This document shows positions 18,929 through 28,597 of a stretch of DNA of 64,000 nt, one piece after another. Each line of letters opens with the position of its first letter. Positions within the stretch are counted from its first letter, which is position 1. Under the pieces are notes generated by a model. It had not been told where the DNA came from. It saw only the letters and a list, made by a program, of their open reading frames with translations, and made no database searches. The position numbers and the translations under genes are program-made. Source of the DNA: an uncultured Dehalococcoidales bacterium (lineage in GTDB: Bacteria > Chloroflexota > Dehalococcoidia > Dehalococcoidales > UBA5760); assembly GCA_964472625.1 (NCBI GenBank), contig CAYYLM010000006.1, forward strand, positions 1,315-65,314, written 5' to 3'.

Positions 18929-19771
18929 CTAGCGATAGGAACTGTGTCTTCGCCTCCTTCGAACTAGGGAGATAATCAAGAAGAGGCCCATCACAATCAG
19001 GAAGGGAGGGGGCTGAGCAATGGAAGTCCCCCCGCTTCCCGGGGCAACCGCGGTTGAGGGTGCGCCGGGTGGTTCCTCCCTGGCTACCGATTCCTCACCT
19101 ATCTCGTAGACGGCTACCTGAGTGTTGATAAACTCCTTAGGTACCCAGCCCAGGGGGTTATTCTTGCCGGTGGCCTCGGCCCAGAGCCAGCCCGGCTCGC
19201 CGTCCATCTCAAAGACGGCGGTAGCTTTATCATAGCTAGGCAGGTAGACCATGGCTGCGGTATGCTCCTTACCGACGGCAATCGCCGAGCGGTAGCCGGC
19301 TCCTTTATACATTACCGCCAGCAATACGGCGCTGTCCTCACAGTCGCCATGACCGATGCCATTCTGGTTGATAGCCATCGCCAGCTCATCGGCGTTCAGG
19401 GCGAACTCCTCATAGCCAAACTGGTCCACGTCCGGGGTATACTGTACCCTGTCCCGGACAAAGTGAAACAGCGCTTCAGCCCTCTGTATTTCATCGGGGT
19501 ATTCCTCGGCGAAGCTTCTTCCCAGAGCGTAGGCTTGTGCCGCCTCTGCTCCCAGGCTCTCAAAGGCGATGACCGGGCGGAAGCTTGTCTCCGATAGCTG
19601 GTAGAAGCCGTCTTCACCGTGGGCTCTGGTTCTAAAGATACCCCAGTCGTCAAAGACCTCGCCGCCTAGCTCGTCAAAGTTAGCTGAGGGCGTTGCCCAG
19701 GCATAGTTGGTGGTGGCTAGCCCGGCCAGAAGAACCGATACTAAAATGACTAAAAGTGTGGTCTTTTTCAT
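18929..19771 (-). CDS. Secreted transglutaminase-like cysteine protease-fold protein with a C-terminal membrane anchor
   Basis: N-terminal signal peptide, GHGDCEDSAVLLAVMY (transglutaminase-core Cys), C-terminus ...QPPPFLIVMGLFLIISLVRRRRRHSSYR. Confidence 0.65.
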   Translation of the reverse strand: MKKTTLLVILVSVLLAGLATTNYAWATPSANFDELGGEVFDDWGIFRTRAHGEDGFYQLSETSFRPVIAFESLGAEAAQAYALGRSFAEEYPDEIQRAEALFHFVRDRVQYTPDVDQFGYEEFALNADELAMAINQNGIGHGDCEDSAVLLAVMYKGAGYRSAIAVGKEHTAAMVYLPSYDKATAVFEMDGEPGWLWAEATGKNNPLGWVPKEFINTQVAVYEIGEESVAREEPPGAPSTAVAPGSGGTSIAQPPPFLIVMGLFLIISLVRRRRRHSSYR

Positions 19772-20253
19772 AGCGGTGTGGTTAGGGCAGCGTGGAGTAT
19801 CAGCCCGAAGAAGACGAGATATCCGAAGACATAGATACCCACCGCCTTCGGGTCTTTGTTTATGTTCAAGAATGGTATCTTGGGGGTTAGTTTATCCACA
19901 ATTTTAAGTAGGGCCAAGCCGATTAATAGGCTTATGGCAAAGCTGATGGCGACTAGCCCCCAGGTTCTGAAGTCAAAGATAAATCTAACCGCGGAGACAC
20001 CTACGGCGGTGTAGGCGGTAGCCGCGCCGTGGATGACAAGCCCGACCAGGATAAAGAAGCCGGCAATGAAGAGACCGGTGGCGACTGGGCTTTCTCCAAT
20101 GCGCTCGCGCTCTTTGATGTGAGGGGTAAGTACATCTAGGGCTCGAATCCCAAGCCAAGCAAGAAGAGAGCAGATAGCAACCAAAACCACTATTCTGGCG
20201 ACCCACATCAGCACCACCAGCCAGTAAGGAGTGGCCAGGCCTATCTCAAACAT
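19768..20253 (-). CDS. Integral membrane protein with an internal duplication (DUF350-like)
   Basis: Four predicted TM helices. The two halves align (LDVLTPHIKE...GLFIAGFFILVGLVIHGA versus VDKLTPKIPF...GIYVFGYLVFFGLILHAA). 4-nt overlap with the downstream gene. Confidence 0.5.
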   Translation of the reverse strand: MFEIGLATPYWLVVLMWVARIVVLVAICSLLAWLGIRALDVLTPHIKERERIGESPVATGLFIAGFFILVGLVIHGAATAYTAVGVSAVRFIFDFRTWGLVAISFAISLLIGLALLKIVDKLTPKIPFLNINKDPKAVGIYVFGYLVFFGLILHAALTTPL

Positions 20254-20301
20254 AGCTAACCTCCTTATAGTTAAAGTAGGTCGAGCTTAATTGCTTGGCA
20301 T

Positions 20302-20871
20302 TTAGAAATTGAATTTCTCGTAAGAGACAATTTCAGAAAGCTCTTTCCTTGGTCTTGGTTTAGGTTCCTGGTCAGGATAACCGAGCGGAGTCATCTCAAC
20401 CACGCAAAACCCAGCGGGCACCTGTAGAACGCTGGCTGCTTTCTTGGCATCCATAAGCGCTACATGCACCGTACCCAGACCAAGCGCATGGGCAGCTAAG
20501 ACCAAGTTCTGCATAGCCAGCGCCACATCAAACATAAACCAATCTCCCTTATCGGTAGCTGGTTCTTCTCCATAATAGCCCGATTTCCCCAGCTTAGCAC
20601 AGGCTACAATTACTACTGGTGCGTTACTAATAGCCCCAAAAGCCGGGTTACCATCAGGCGGACCACCCTTTTCAATACTGAACAGGGTGTTAGCCAGTTC
20701 AGCCTTCATCTTATTATCCCGTACCACGATGAATTTCCAGCACTGGGTATTAGTCCAAGATGGTGCCCAGCGAGCCGCCTCTAGGACGAGCTCTATGGTT
20801 TTATCATCGACTGGCGTGGTCTTATACTTACGAATAGCTCTTCTAGACTTAATTGCCTCCTGGACTTCCAT
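20302..20871 (-). CDS. Nitroreductase-family flavoprotein
   Basis: RRAIRKY...PSWTNTQCWKF pattern typical of the nitroreductase fold. Confidence 0.8.
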   Translation of the reverse strand: MEVQEAIKSRRAIRKYKTTPVDDKTIELVLEAARWAPSWTNTQCWKFIVVRDNKMKAELANTLFSIEKGGPPDGNPAFGAISNAPVVIVACAKLGKSGYYGEEPATDKGDWFMFDVALAMQNLVLAAHALGLGTVHVALMDAKKAASVLQVPAGFCVVEMTPLGYPDQEPKPRPRKELSEIVSYEKFNF

Positions 20872-20954
20872 ACCTGCCTCCTTGAGCGTTTATACTCTGG
20901 CTCCATTATACATATTTTCTGCTCTTAACCCCAAACGCCTTAAGGGTGAGATTC

Positions 20955-21593
20955 TTACTCCTCTTCCCAGGCACCTTTTCCAATCAGGGGAACAAAACGG
21001 CAGCCACCTAGATTCTGGATCATATTCTTCTTTCTTTTCCGGGTGATCTTGCATAACTCCTGCACATGGCGTGAGCCTACCGGGATTACCATCCGTCCCC
21101 CGATAGCCAGTTGGGCCAGAAGGTCGGTCGGCACCCGGGGGGCAGCGGCGGTAACCATGATGGCATCATACGGTGCCTTACGCTGATAACCCAAGGTTTC
21201 CTCCGCTAGGTAAATCTCAATATTGGTATAGCCTAGGCTGTCCAGCACTGTCCTTGCCCTCTCGGCAAGGGCGGGGAATCGCTCGGTGGTTACCACGGAG
21301 CGGGCTAATTCAGCGATAATTGCTGCCTGGTAGCCACTACCGGTGCCTACTTCTAAGACCTTTTCGTCGCCGCTAAGTTCTAGAGCTTCGGTCATCATGG
21401 CGATGATAAGTGGCTGTGAGATTGTCTGGTCAAGGCCAATGGGAAGAGGTATATCTTCGTAGGCTAGGTGCGCTTCCTCAGGGGGCACAAAGCGCTCTCG
21501 GGGCACACGAGCCATAGCGTCTAGGACTCGCTTATCTCTGATTTCGGGGCTAAGGTGCTCAATTAATCTGGCTCTCGCTGCCTCAAAGTCCAT
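20955..21593 (-). CDS. pcm: Protein-L-isoaspartate O-methyltransferase
   Basis: TISQPLIIAMMTEAL, and the SAM motif VLEVGTGSGYQAA. Confidence 0.9.
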   Translation of the reverse strand: MDFEAARARLIEHLSPEIRDKRVLDAMARVPRERFVPPEEAHLAYEDIPLPIGLDQTISQPLIIAMMTEALELSGDEKVLEVGTGSGYQAAIIAELARSVVTTERFPALAERARTVLDSLGYTNIEIYLAEETLGYQRKAPYDAIMVTAAAPRVPTDLLAQLAIGGRMVIPVGSRHVQELCKITRKRKKNMIQNLGGCRFVPLIGKGAWEEE

Positions 21594-21618
21594 GGTGAAT
21601 GCTCACTATCAGGACAGC

Positions 21619-21906
21619 TCAGGATAGAACACGGGATAGGATGACCAGTACCGGGATCATGATCGCGGCTATGATGCCAATCCTCTTGAGTTCACTGGTT
21701 ACATAGGGGTACCTAGCTGCCGTTGGTGTGGGGGCTGGCACAGGCTTACTTACCGGCGGGGCAGTTACCGTTGGGGGGGGTGCTGGTGTACCGGTTTGGC
21801 TGGCGGTTGCTTGTTCCGCCGTCTTAAGGATGGGAGTCAGCTTACCTTCTCTTTTTTTACCGTGAAACGACTGCTTACCTCGCTTGCGCCGTGATTTTTT
21901 AGGCAT
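21619..21906 (-). CDS. Small basic/Pro-rich protein with a C-terminal TM helix
   Basis: MPKKSRRKRGK..., Pro/Thr-rich middle, C-terminal IGIIAAIMIPVLVIL. Contains a G8/C8 run at 21773-21780. Confidence 0.45.
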   Translation of the reverse strand: MPKKSRRKRGKQSFHGKKREGKLTPILKTAEQATASQTGTPAPPPTVTAPPVSKPVPAPTPTAARYPYVTSELKRIGIIAAIMIPVLVILSRVLS

Positions 21907-21942
21907 CTAGAACCTCCGCAAGAGTGTTCCTACCACTCGTCT

Positions 21943-22848
21943 TCACTTGGCTCTGGGGTGAGACTTCTCATAGGTTTGGCGGATATGGTCGGTAGTAAGG
22001 TGGGTGTAGACCTGCGTCGTTGAGATGTTGGCGTGCCCCAGCAGTTCCTGAACTGACCTCAGGTCGGCTCCGCCGCTCAGCATATGGGTGGCAAAGCTAT
22101 GTCTTAGGGTGTGCGGGGTAATACCTTCTAGCCCAACTGACTTGGCATACTCCTTCAGTATCTGCCACAGCCCTTGCCGCGTCAGCCGCTCCCCTCGGGC
22201 GTTAAGGAACAGAGCCGACTCCTCCGGGCTGTGTATCAGGCGGGGGCGCAGTTCCTTTAAGTAGTCATCTACGGCTTGGGCAGCCCGCGGAGCAATCGGG
22301 ATAATACGCTCTTTGTGCCCCTTACCGAAGCAGCGGACAAAGCCGCCTACTAAGTCAACATCGTTAAGGTTCAAGGATACCAGCTCACTCACCCTCATCC
22401 CGCTGGCATATAATAGGTGCAGAATAGCGGTATCCCGCTGCGCCTCTGATTTGGATTGCCTGGCGGGCTCGTCAAGCAGACGGCGAACCTGGCTGATGGA
22501 GATGGGTTTGGGTAGTGCCCGGCCCACCTTAGGTGAGGCAATATTCTGCGAGGGGTTATCTTTGATATTGCCCTCATTCACCATGAATTCAAAGAACGAC
22601 CTCATCGCGGCTACTTTGCGGGCAATCGTCGTCGCTGCGTAGTTCCGCTCTTTGAGGTTAAGGAGATAGCTTAGAACACCCTGGCGTCCGAAACCGGCCC
22701 ACGAAGGGGTAGAACCACGCCTAGCGGCCTCGTCTTCAACGAAGCCGGCTAGTTGATAGAGGTCATTGTGGTAAGCAAGTGCCGTATTCTGGGAAAAGCC
22801 CTTCTCAACTGTGAGGTAATTAAGGAAGCTCTCGATATTCTCTTTCAT
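21943..22848 (-). CDS. xerD: Tyrosine recombinase XerC/XerD
   Basis: N-terminal SAM-like domain (VEKGFSQNTALAYHNDL). Catalytic RHSFATHML...LLGHANISTTQVYTHL (R-H-R-Y set). XerC versus XerD cannot be settled from sequence alone. Confidence 0.8.
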   Translation of the reverse strand: MKENIESFLNYLTVEKGFSQNTALAYHNDLYQLAGFVEDEAARRGSTPSWAGFGRQGVLSYLLNLKERNYAATTIARKVAAMRSFFEFMVNEGNIKDNPSQNIASPKVGRALPKPISISQVRRLLDEPARQSKSEAQRDTAILHLLYASGMRVSELVSLNLNDVDLVGGFVRCFGKGHKERIIPIAPRAAQAVDDYLKELRPRLIHSPEESALFLNARGERLTRQGLWQILKEYAKSVGLEGITPHTLRHSFATHMLSGGADLRSVQELLGHANISTTQVYTHLTTDHIRQTYEKSHPRAK

Positions 22849-22962
22849 ATTCCTGCCTTAGGAGGGGAACAGGAGCCTTCGTTAACATAAGTATTTTAAC
22901 ATAACATAATACAAAATAACAGCCCTCAAAGTAATGTAAAGACGGAGGCTAGTGGGGTTTCG

Positions 22963-22991
22963 TTGCATTTCTTGGCGGTTTTCTCTATAAT
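22963..22991 (+). promoter_or_regulatory. Sigma-70-type promoter
   Basis: TTGCAT (22963-22968), 17-nt spacer, TATAAT (22986-22991), 27 nt upstream of the ATG at 23019. Confidence 0.55.
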
Positions 22992-23018
22992 TTTTTGCTA
23001 GCTGGAGGTGGGAGGTGT

Positions 23019-23789
23019 ATGAGCAAATTCGTAGATAAATTAAAGCATGCTTCACAGGTAGTGGCTCAGCCGATGGGATTTGGGCGGGGGCAACCGGTCT
23101 CCGCTAAGCCCGGGGTACTGCTGGTTGCCAGCTTAGCTCAAGCCAGTGTTAGCAACCTGGCTGATTTGGTGGGTGGGGCTGATGCCGGGCTGCTAGAAAT
23201 CTCCGAGCTGGAGAGGGATATTAAAGCCCTTGGGGGGTGTACTGAGGCTGTCCCCGGTATCCCCTGGGGTGGCTGGCTGAGAGGTGGCAAGTGGCCAGGA
23301 AGTCAGAAGATTAAGGCTCTGGGTGGCGATTTTGTGATTTTCCCGGCGGCGAGCACACCGCTGGGAGTTCTTGAGAATACCGGGGTGGGTAAGATAGTGG
23401 AGGTTGAGGCAACGCTGAGTGAGGGCATACTCCGCACGATTGGTGAACTGCCGGTGGACGGCGTATGCCTGGCAGTTGAGTATCAGGGTAGCCCTTCTCT
23501 TACCTTGAAGCAGCTAATGCTCTTTCAGCGTGTTAGCGGCTTAGTAGCTAAGCCTTTGCTGGTGCCGGTACCAGCAAAGGTGACGGCTGGTGAGCTTAGG
23601 GCACTGTGGGAAGCCGGGGTGGATGGTGTCATCGTGGCAGCAGGTGTGGGTTTAAGGAAGCTCCGAGGGGTGATTGATAAGCTTAGCTTCCCGTCACGAA
23701 GGAGGCGGGGCAAGTTGAAGGCCCGGCTACCTCATATTAGTGAGGTAGCCGATATTGAGGGTGAGGAAGAACTGCCCGGCGATTTATAG
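23019..23789 (+). CDS. Conserved-looking hypothetical protein
   Basis: The ATG at 23019 is preceded by GGAGGTGGGAGG; the ORF-track TTG at 22995 is likely an extension. Alternating beta/alpha-like pattern. No motif I can name. Confidence 0.5.
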   Translation: MSKFVDKLKHASQVVAQPMGFGRGQPVSAKPGVLLVASLAQASVSNLADLVGGADAGLLEISELERDIKALGGCTEAVPGIPWGGWLRGGKWPGSQKIKALGGDFVIFPAASTPLGVLENTGVGKIVEVEATLSEGILRTIGELPVDGVCLAVEYQGSPSLTLKQLMLFQRVSGLVAKPLLVPVPAKVTAGELRALWEAGVDGVIVAAGVGLRKLRGVIDKLSFPSRRRRGKLKARLPHISEVADIEGEEELPGDL

Positions 23790-23852
23790 TGATAAGGAGC
23801 TAGCTTGTTTACCTCCCAAAGTAAGAAGGTTATTTAGGGTTAGCACGTGAAA

Positions 23853-25094
23853 CTAACCAGGCAGGCTCTTGATTAACCTTAGTTCGTCTCGGGCTAGTCG
23901 GGGCATAAGGAAATTCTTGGTGACAATCTCCTTACCCTCGGCACCTAACCGCTGGCAGACGGTTGGATTACGCAGCAGGTATACTATCTTCTCAGCACAT
24001 TCCTCGACACTGTTTACCAGGTAATCACTGAGCTTACCGGTCATTTGCAGGGGGATACCCCCGGCATTACCGGCGACCACCGGTGTCTCTTTCCACAGCG
24101 CTTCGGCGACTACCAAGCCGAAGCCCTCCCTGATTGATTTCTGAACAACGACGTCGCTGGCGCGCTGGAAGGCGTTAACCTCCATGTTACCAATGCCGGT
24201 CAGGTTGGAATAGACAAACATGTCGTCATCCTTATTGGCCTCGGTGTGGATAGCAGCATACATGTCCCATGATTCTGGGTCATCCTGAGCAAAGCTACCT
24301 ATCATGGCTAGCTGGAGACCTGGTATCTCTTTTTTGGCCAGTCGGTAGGCAGCGATGGTGCCGAAGGGGTCTTTCCAGTGGTCGAAGCGGGATACCTGGG
24401 TAATCAAGAAGCGGTTGCGGTCAAAGCCGAGGTTTTCCAGCATTTCCCGGCAGACGTACTTCTTGATAAACATGTTCTTCGAGCTGAAGGCACAGATAGC
24501 TGGGGCCATGGTGGCGATTTCGTTTAGGCGCAGGTTCTGGGGTATGAACTTCTCGGTGGTGAAGACGGCGGCATCATACTCTTGGATGTAGGGGCGCAGG
24601 AAATTCCATACTGTTATGTCTGGCTGGGAACTGTCCACATGGCAGCGCCATATCCATTTGGCTTGGCTATCTGGCGAGTAATGGCGCAGAGCCGCCGGCT
24701 GAGGGTCGTTAACGATAAAAACATCGTAATCTGGGTCAAGCTCCCGGGCGTTAGCCAGGTTATTGGTTAGATACCTTCTTCTGATACTCTGCTTGTTGAT
24801 TTCTGGAAGCGGGCCCCCCTGCAGGGCATTATGCAGCCCTTTGGTGATGGTAAAGAAGTGGCGGTCACCACGTATCACCTGCCAGTCAGCTTTAATACCC
24901 AGGGCACGCAGGAGTGGGATGTAGGAGACCAGAAGTTCGGCAACCCCGCCCCCGAAGGGTGTGGAGTTGATGTGGCACAGGCGCAGTCCCTTGAGTTCCT
25001 CCCCCAGACTTACCACCTCATCGATAAGCTCGCGGCTTTCGATAAGGCGGTATTTGTTGATATCAGAAATTCCTAGGGAGATTTTGTGCAGCAT
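23853..25094 (-). CDS. GT4 glycosyltransferase, trehalose glycosyltransferring synthase (TreT)-like
   Basis: HINSTPFGGGVAELL, LHNALQG, NDPQPAAL, WRCHVD, VSRFDHWKDP, NAFQRASDVVVQKSIREGFGL. These match my recollection of archaeal/thermophile TreT. Confidence 0.65.
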   Translation of the reverse strand: MLHKISLGISDINKYRLIESRELIDEVVSLGEELKGLRLCHINSTPFGGGVAELLVSYIPLLRALGIKADWQVIRGDRHFFTITKGLHNALQGGPLPEINKQSIRRRYLTNNLANARELDPDYDVFIVNDPQPAALRHYSPDSQAKWIWRCHVDSSQPDITVWNFLRPYIQEYDAAVFTTEKFIPQNLRLNEIATMAPAICAFSSKNMFIKKYVCREMLENLGFDRNRFLITQVSRFDHWKDPFGTIAAYRLAKKEIPGLQLAMIGSFAQDDPESWDMYAAIHTEANKDDDMFVYSNLTGIGNMEVNAFQRASDVVVQKSIREGFGLVVAEALWKETPVVAGNAGGIPLQMTGKLSDYLVNSVEECAEKIVYLLRNPTVCQRLGAEGKEIVTKNFLMPRLARDELRLIKSLPG

Positions 25095-25147
25095 TCAAAC
25101 GACCCCTGCCCGTTAGGTGCGAAAACCTGAGTCGGGCTATTATAGCA

Positions 25148-26293
25148 CTAGTGTGGCGACTTTGATAGTTGCCAGAATTTTCCTTCGGTGGTAATCGCCG
25201 GAGCGATGACCATCTCAGCCTGGTGCATCTCCGGGATGGTGAAGGCGCCACAGACACCCATGGCAGTGCGGATTGCCCCGACCAGGTTTTGGCTACCATC
25301 GGTAACTGAGGCAGGTCCAAAGAGAATCTGCTCCAGTGAGCCACTGATACCGACCTTAATCCGGGTTCCTCTGGGGAGAGCCGGGTGCGGGTGGGACATG
25401 CCCCAGTGATAACCCATCCCTGGCGCCTCTTTGGCTTGAGCCAGAATAGAACCGAGCATTACGGCATCGGCTCCGGCCGCTAGGGCTTTACACAGGTCCC
25501 CACCCTTACGGAAACCACCATCGGTAATTATCGGCACGTATCTTCCCGACTCCCGCTGGTACTCATCTCTAGCGGCGGCGCAGTCTATGGTAGCCGTTAT
25601 CTGGGGGACACCGACGCCGAGAACCTCCCGGGTGGTACAGGCAGCGCCGGGACCGACACCGACCAGGACCCCGGAGATTCCGGTTCTCATTAGCTCGAGA
25701 CAGGCGCTGTAGCTCACACAGTTACCTACGATAATGGGCAGGGGTACCGATTTGCGAAGCTCGGAGAATACTAGTCCGCGGTAGCTTTTGGAGGTGTGTC
25801 GGGCGGTGGTAACCGTGGATTGGATGACTAGGATATCAGCCCCGGCTTCAGCGGCTACCGGGGATAAGCGTTTGGTATTAGCTGGGGTTACGGAAACGGC
25901 GCATAAGGCACCGGCTTTCTTAATCGTTTGGATTCTTTTGCCGACGAGGTTCTCCTTAATCGGCTGAGAATATACCTTTTGCAGTAAGGGGGTAATTTCA
26001 GCATCAGATGCTTGAGTGATTTCGGAAAGTATCGCCTCGGGTTGCTCATACCGGGTCTGCACCCCCTCCAGGTGGAGAACAGCGAGCCCCCCCAGTTTGC
26101 TCAGCAGGATAGCGAAGTTAACATCAGTCACTGCATCCATGGCAGAAGCGATAATGGGAATGGAGAGGGTAAGGTCCTCTATCTTGAGATCGGTGTTTGT
26201 CTGGTCGGGATTGATGGTTACATCCCCAGGCACGATAGCTACCTCATCAAATCCGTAGGCACGGCGCAACTGCTTAGACTGAGGAATGGTCAT
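25148..26293 (-). CDS. IMP dehydrogenase/GMP reductase family protein without CBS insert (GuaB3-like)
   Basis: FDEVAIVPG..., IIASAMDAVTD, GVGPGAACTTREV (catalytic Cys loop). 381 aa. Confidence 0.75.
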   Translation of the reverse strand: MTIPQSKQLRRAYGFDEVAIVPGDVTINPDQTNTDLKIEDLTLSIPIIASAMDAVTDVNFAILLSKLGGLAVLHLEGVQTRYEQPEAILSEITQASDAEITPLLQKVYSQPIKENLVGKRIQTIKKAGALCAVSVTPANTKRLSPVAAEAGADILVIQSTVTTARHTSKSYRGLVFSELRKSVPLPIIVGNCVSYSACLELMRTGISGVLVGVGPGAACTTREVLGVGVPQITATIDCAAARDEYQRESGRYVPIITDGGFRKGGDLCKALAAGADAVMLGSILAQAKEAPGMGYHWGMSHPHPALPRGTRIKVGISGSLEQILFGPASVTDGSQNLVGAIRTAMGVCGAFTIPEMHQAEMVIAPAITTEGKFWQLSKSPH

Positions 26294-26465
26294 CTTAATT
26301 TCCCCTTCTTAAACTGAAAATATACCAAAGATAATGCTTCAAAGTCAAGGAAACTTAAATAGCGATGGTAGCTTTATGAGGGTAGCCAGTAGCGTTAGTC
26401 GGTTTATCTCTTAACTTGACCGGCTACATGAGGGGGGTATCATATGGACAGGAGGTGTAAACCTC

Positions 26466-27329
26466 TCAGTCTTCGCTGTAGAAGCCAAACTCAACCAAGC
26501 CCTCCCCGTTGATGACTGCCACCACCAGTGAGCACTCGTTAAGGTAGAGTTCAACCGGGTTAAACCGTGATGCGAGCTTCTTTCTTAGCTCCTCGGCTTT
26601 ATCGGGGACATTGGTGTGGGTTACCGCTATGTGGCACTGCTTACCTGGGTTCTTTTCCGCTACTAAGTCGAGCGTGGCATCAATTGCTTTAGCCAGGGTT
26701 CGCTCTCTCAATATCGGTTTGGTCATGCCGTTACTGGCGGCGCTGGTCTCCAGTACCGTTGCGGTGGGGATTTCCGACTTAGCCCAGTCCTTAGCCTTGC
26801 CGACTCGGCCACTACGGTCAAAATGAAAGAGGGACTCTCTTATGGCCAGCGAGGCCGCGCGTTGCCTTATTCTATCGGCAGCCTCAATAACTTCGGGCAG
26901 GCTTTTGCCCTCTCGGGCTGCCTTAGCCGCCCCGATGGTGGTAAGCATCTGGCCGCCGACAACAGAGAGGGAATCAAAAACCTCAACGGTGGTATTAGGT
27001 AGTTGCTTTGCGGCCAAATTTTTAGCGTTCAGCGCTGAGTTGTATGCCTGAGAGAAGCCGCTGGTTAGGACAACAATCAAGATAGCCCGTGCCTGCTGGC
27101 TTGCCTGCTTACATAACTCTAAGAATTCTCCGGGGGAAGGGGGTGAGGTGGTGGGCAGGTTCTCCTTGCCCCTAAGTCGGCTATAGAGTTGTTCCCTGTC
27201 TATCTCCGTTTCTAGGTAATCCCTGTCATCCATCTTAATGTGGAAAGGTGCCACCAAGATGTCGTATTCTCGGGCTACCTCTGGTGGTACGGTGGCAACG
27301 CCGTCGGCTATGATAGCTACCTCTTTCAC
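26466..27329 (-). CDS. DegV-family fatty-acid-binding protein
   Basis: N-terminus VAIIADGVATVP...TSPPSPGEF, and length typical of DegV. Confidence 0.75.
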   Translation of the reverse strand: MKEVAIIADGVATVPPEVAREYDILVAPFHIKMDDRDYLETEIDREQLYSRLRGKENLPTTSPPSPGEFLELCKQASQQARAILIVVLTSGFSQAYNSALNAKNLAAKQLPNTTVEVFDSLSVVGGQMLTTIGAAKAAREGKSLPEVIEAADRIRQRAASLAIRESLFHFDRSGRVGKAKDWAKSEIPTATVLETSAASNGMTKPILRERTLAKAIDATLDLVAEKNPGKQCHIAVTHTNVPDKAEELRKKLASRFNPVELYLNECSLVVAVINGEGLVEFGFYSED

Positions 27330-27481
27330 TTTCGACTCCTTTTTGACTTTCTGTTGGGTGATAAGAGATTATGCTGAGTATACCCATTGATATTATGGAA
27401 AGTATAGCTGTTTGTCAATGGTATAGACGAGTGATGGGGTATAAGGTTATAATAGGCGTGTTCAGAGCGAGATGAGAGGCA

Positions 27482-28297
27482 ATGGCGGCTCTTTACCTGG
27501 TAGCTACTCCAATCGGTAACCTGGAGGACATTTCCCTGCGGGCGCTACGTACCCTGCGAGAGGTGAGCCTTATCGCGGCTGAGGATACCCGCCGCACCAG
27601 GCAGCTTCTTAATAAGTATGATATTAAGACACCGCTTATAAGCTACCATGAGCACAATAAGTGGGCTAAGGTGGATTATATTCTAGACTTTCTTGCAGCT
27701 GGTGATGTGGCCCTAGTCTCTGATGCCGGGATGCCGGGGATGAGTGACCCGGGCTATGAGCTAGTTGTGGCGGCTAATGAGCGGGGTATCCCGGTAGTAC
27801 CCGTTCCCGGGCCTTCGGTCGTTATCACGGCACTGGTCATCTCGGGGCTACCCACCGAGAGGTTTATTTATCTGGGCTTTCTACCGCGTAAGGCTGGTAG
27901 CCGGCTTAAGCGGCTGGAGTCGGTAGCTAGTGAACAGGGCACTATTGTTGCCCTAGAATCACCGCACCGCTTGCGGGCTACTCTGGGTGACGTTTTGAGT
28001 GTTCTGGGAGACCGGCGGGTAGCGGTATGCCGTGAGCTCACCAAGGTTCATGAGGAAGTTTTTCGGGGCGTAGTGAGCGAAGCTCTAGCGTACTTTACCC
28101 AGCCGAAGGGAGAGTTTACCCTGGTTATTGCCGGTGGGGAGGGGAAGGATGAGCCGCAGATGACCGAAGATATCGAGCGGCAGTTACAGAGCCTGCGCCT
28201 CTCCGGGGTAACGGCTAAAGAAGCAGTTGCCAGAGTAGCCAAGGAAACGGGTCTATCCCGAAGAGAGCTATATCGTGCCTGGCTTAGGCTGCTTTAG
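27482..28297 (+). CDS. rsmI: 16S rRNA (cytidine1402-2'-O)-methyltransferase
   Basis: LYLVATPIGNLEDISLRALRTL...IAAEDTR, SDAGMPGMSDPG. Confidence 0.9.
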   Translation: MAALYLVATPIGNLEDISLRALRTLREVSLIAAEDTRRTRQLLNKYDIKTPLISYHEHNKWAKVDYILDFLAAGDVALVSDAGMPGMSDPGYELVVAANERGIPVVPVPGPSVVITALVISGLPTERFIYLGFLPRKAGSRLKRLESVASEQGTIVALESPHRLRATLGDVLSVLGDRRVAVCRELTKVHEEVFRGVVSEALAYFTQPKGEFTLVIAGGEGKDEPQMTEDIERQLQSLRLSGVTAKEAVARVAKETGLSRRELYRAWLRLL

Positions 28298-28335
28298 GAT
28301 GTCAGAAGTTGGTATTAACTTGGAGGCGATAGAAA

Positions 28336-28566
28336 ATGCGACGAGGGTGTATATCTTTGGGCAGTGTTAAGTGTGACGGTTGTCACCAGGTTATCCCACA
28401 TTCCGAGCGTTACCTGATTATTGAAGAGAAGGACGGTGTTACCGTAGGTCTGTGTGTTAACTGCTGTTTGGAGAAGGGGTATGCCCGCTATAGGGAAGAC
28501 AAGCGGGAGCGGGTATTAACCTTCTTCCCCGAGCCAGTGCAGGGTCCCCCTGATACTGGTCTTTAG
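28336..28566 (+). CDS. Small Cys-rich (zinc-ribbon-like) hypothetical protein
   Basis: CDGCHQ...CVNCC pairs. 76 aa. Immediately upstream of metG. Confidence 0.45.
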   Translation: MRRGCISLGSVKCDGCHQVIPHSERYLIIEEKDGVTVGLCVNCCLEKGYARYREDKRERVLTFFPEPVQGPPDTGL

Positions 28567-28597
28567 GCTAGCGTTACTGATTTAAGAGGAAGATTTA

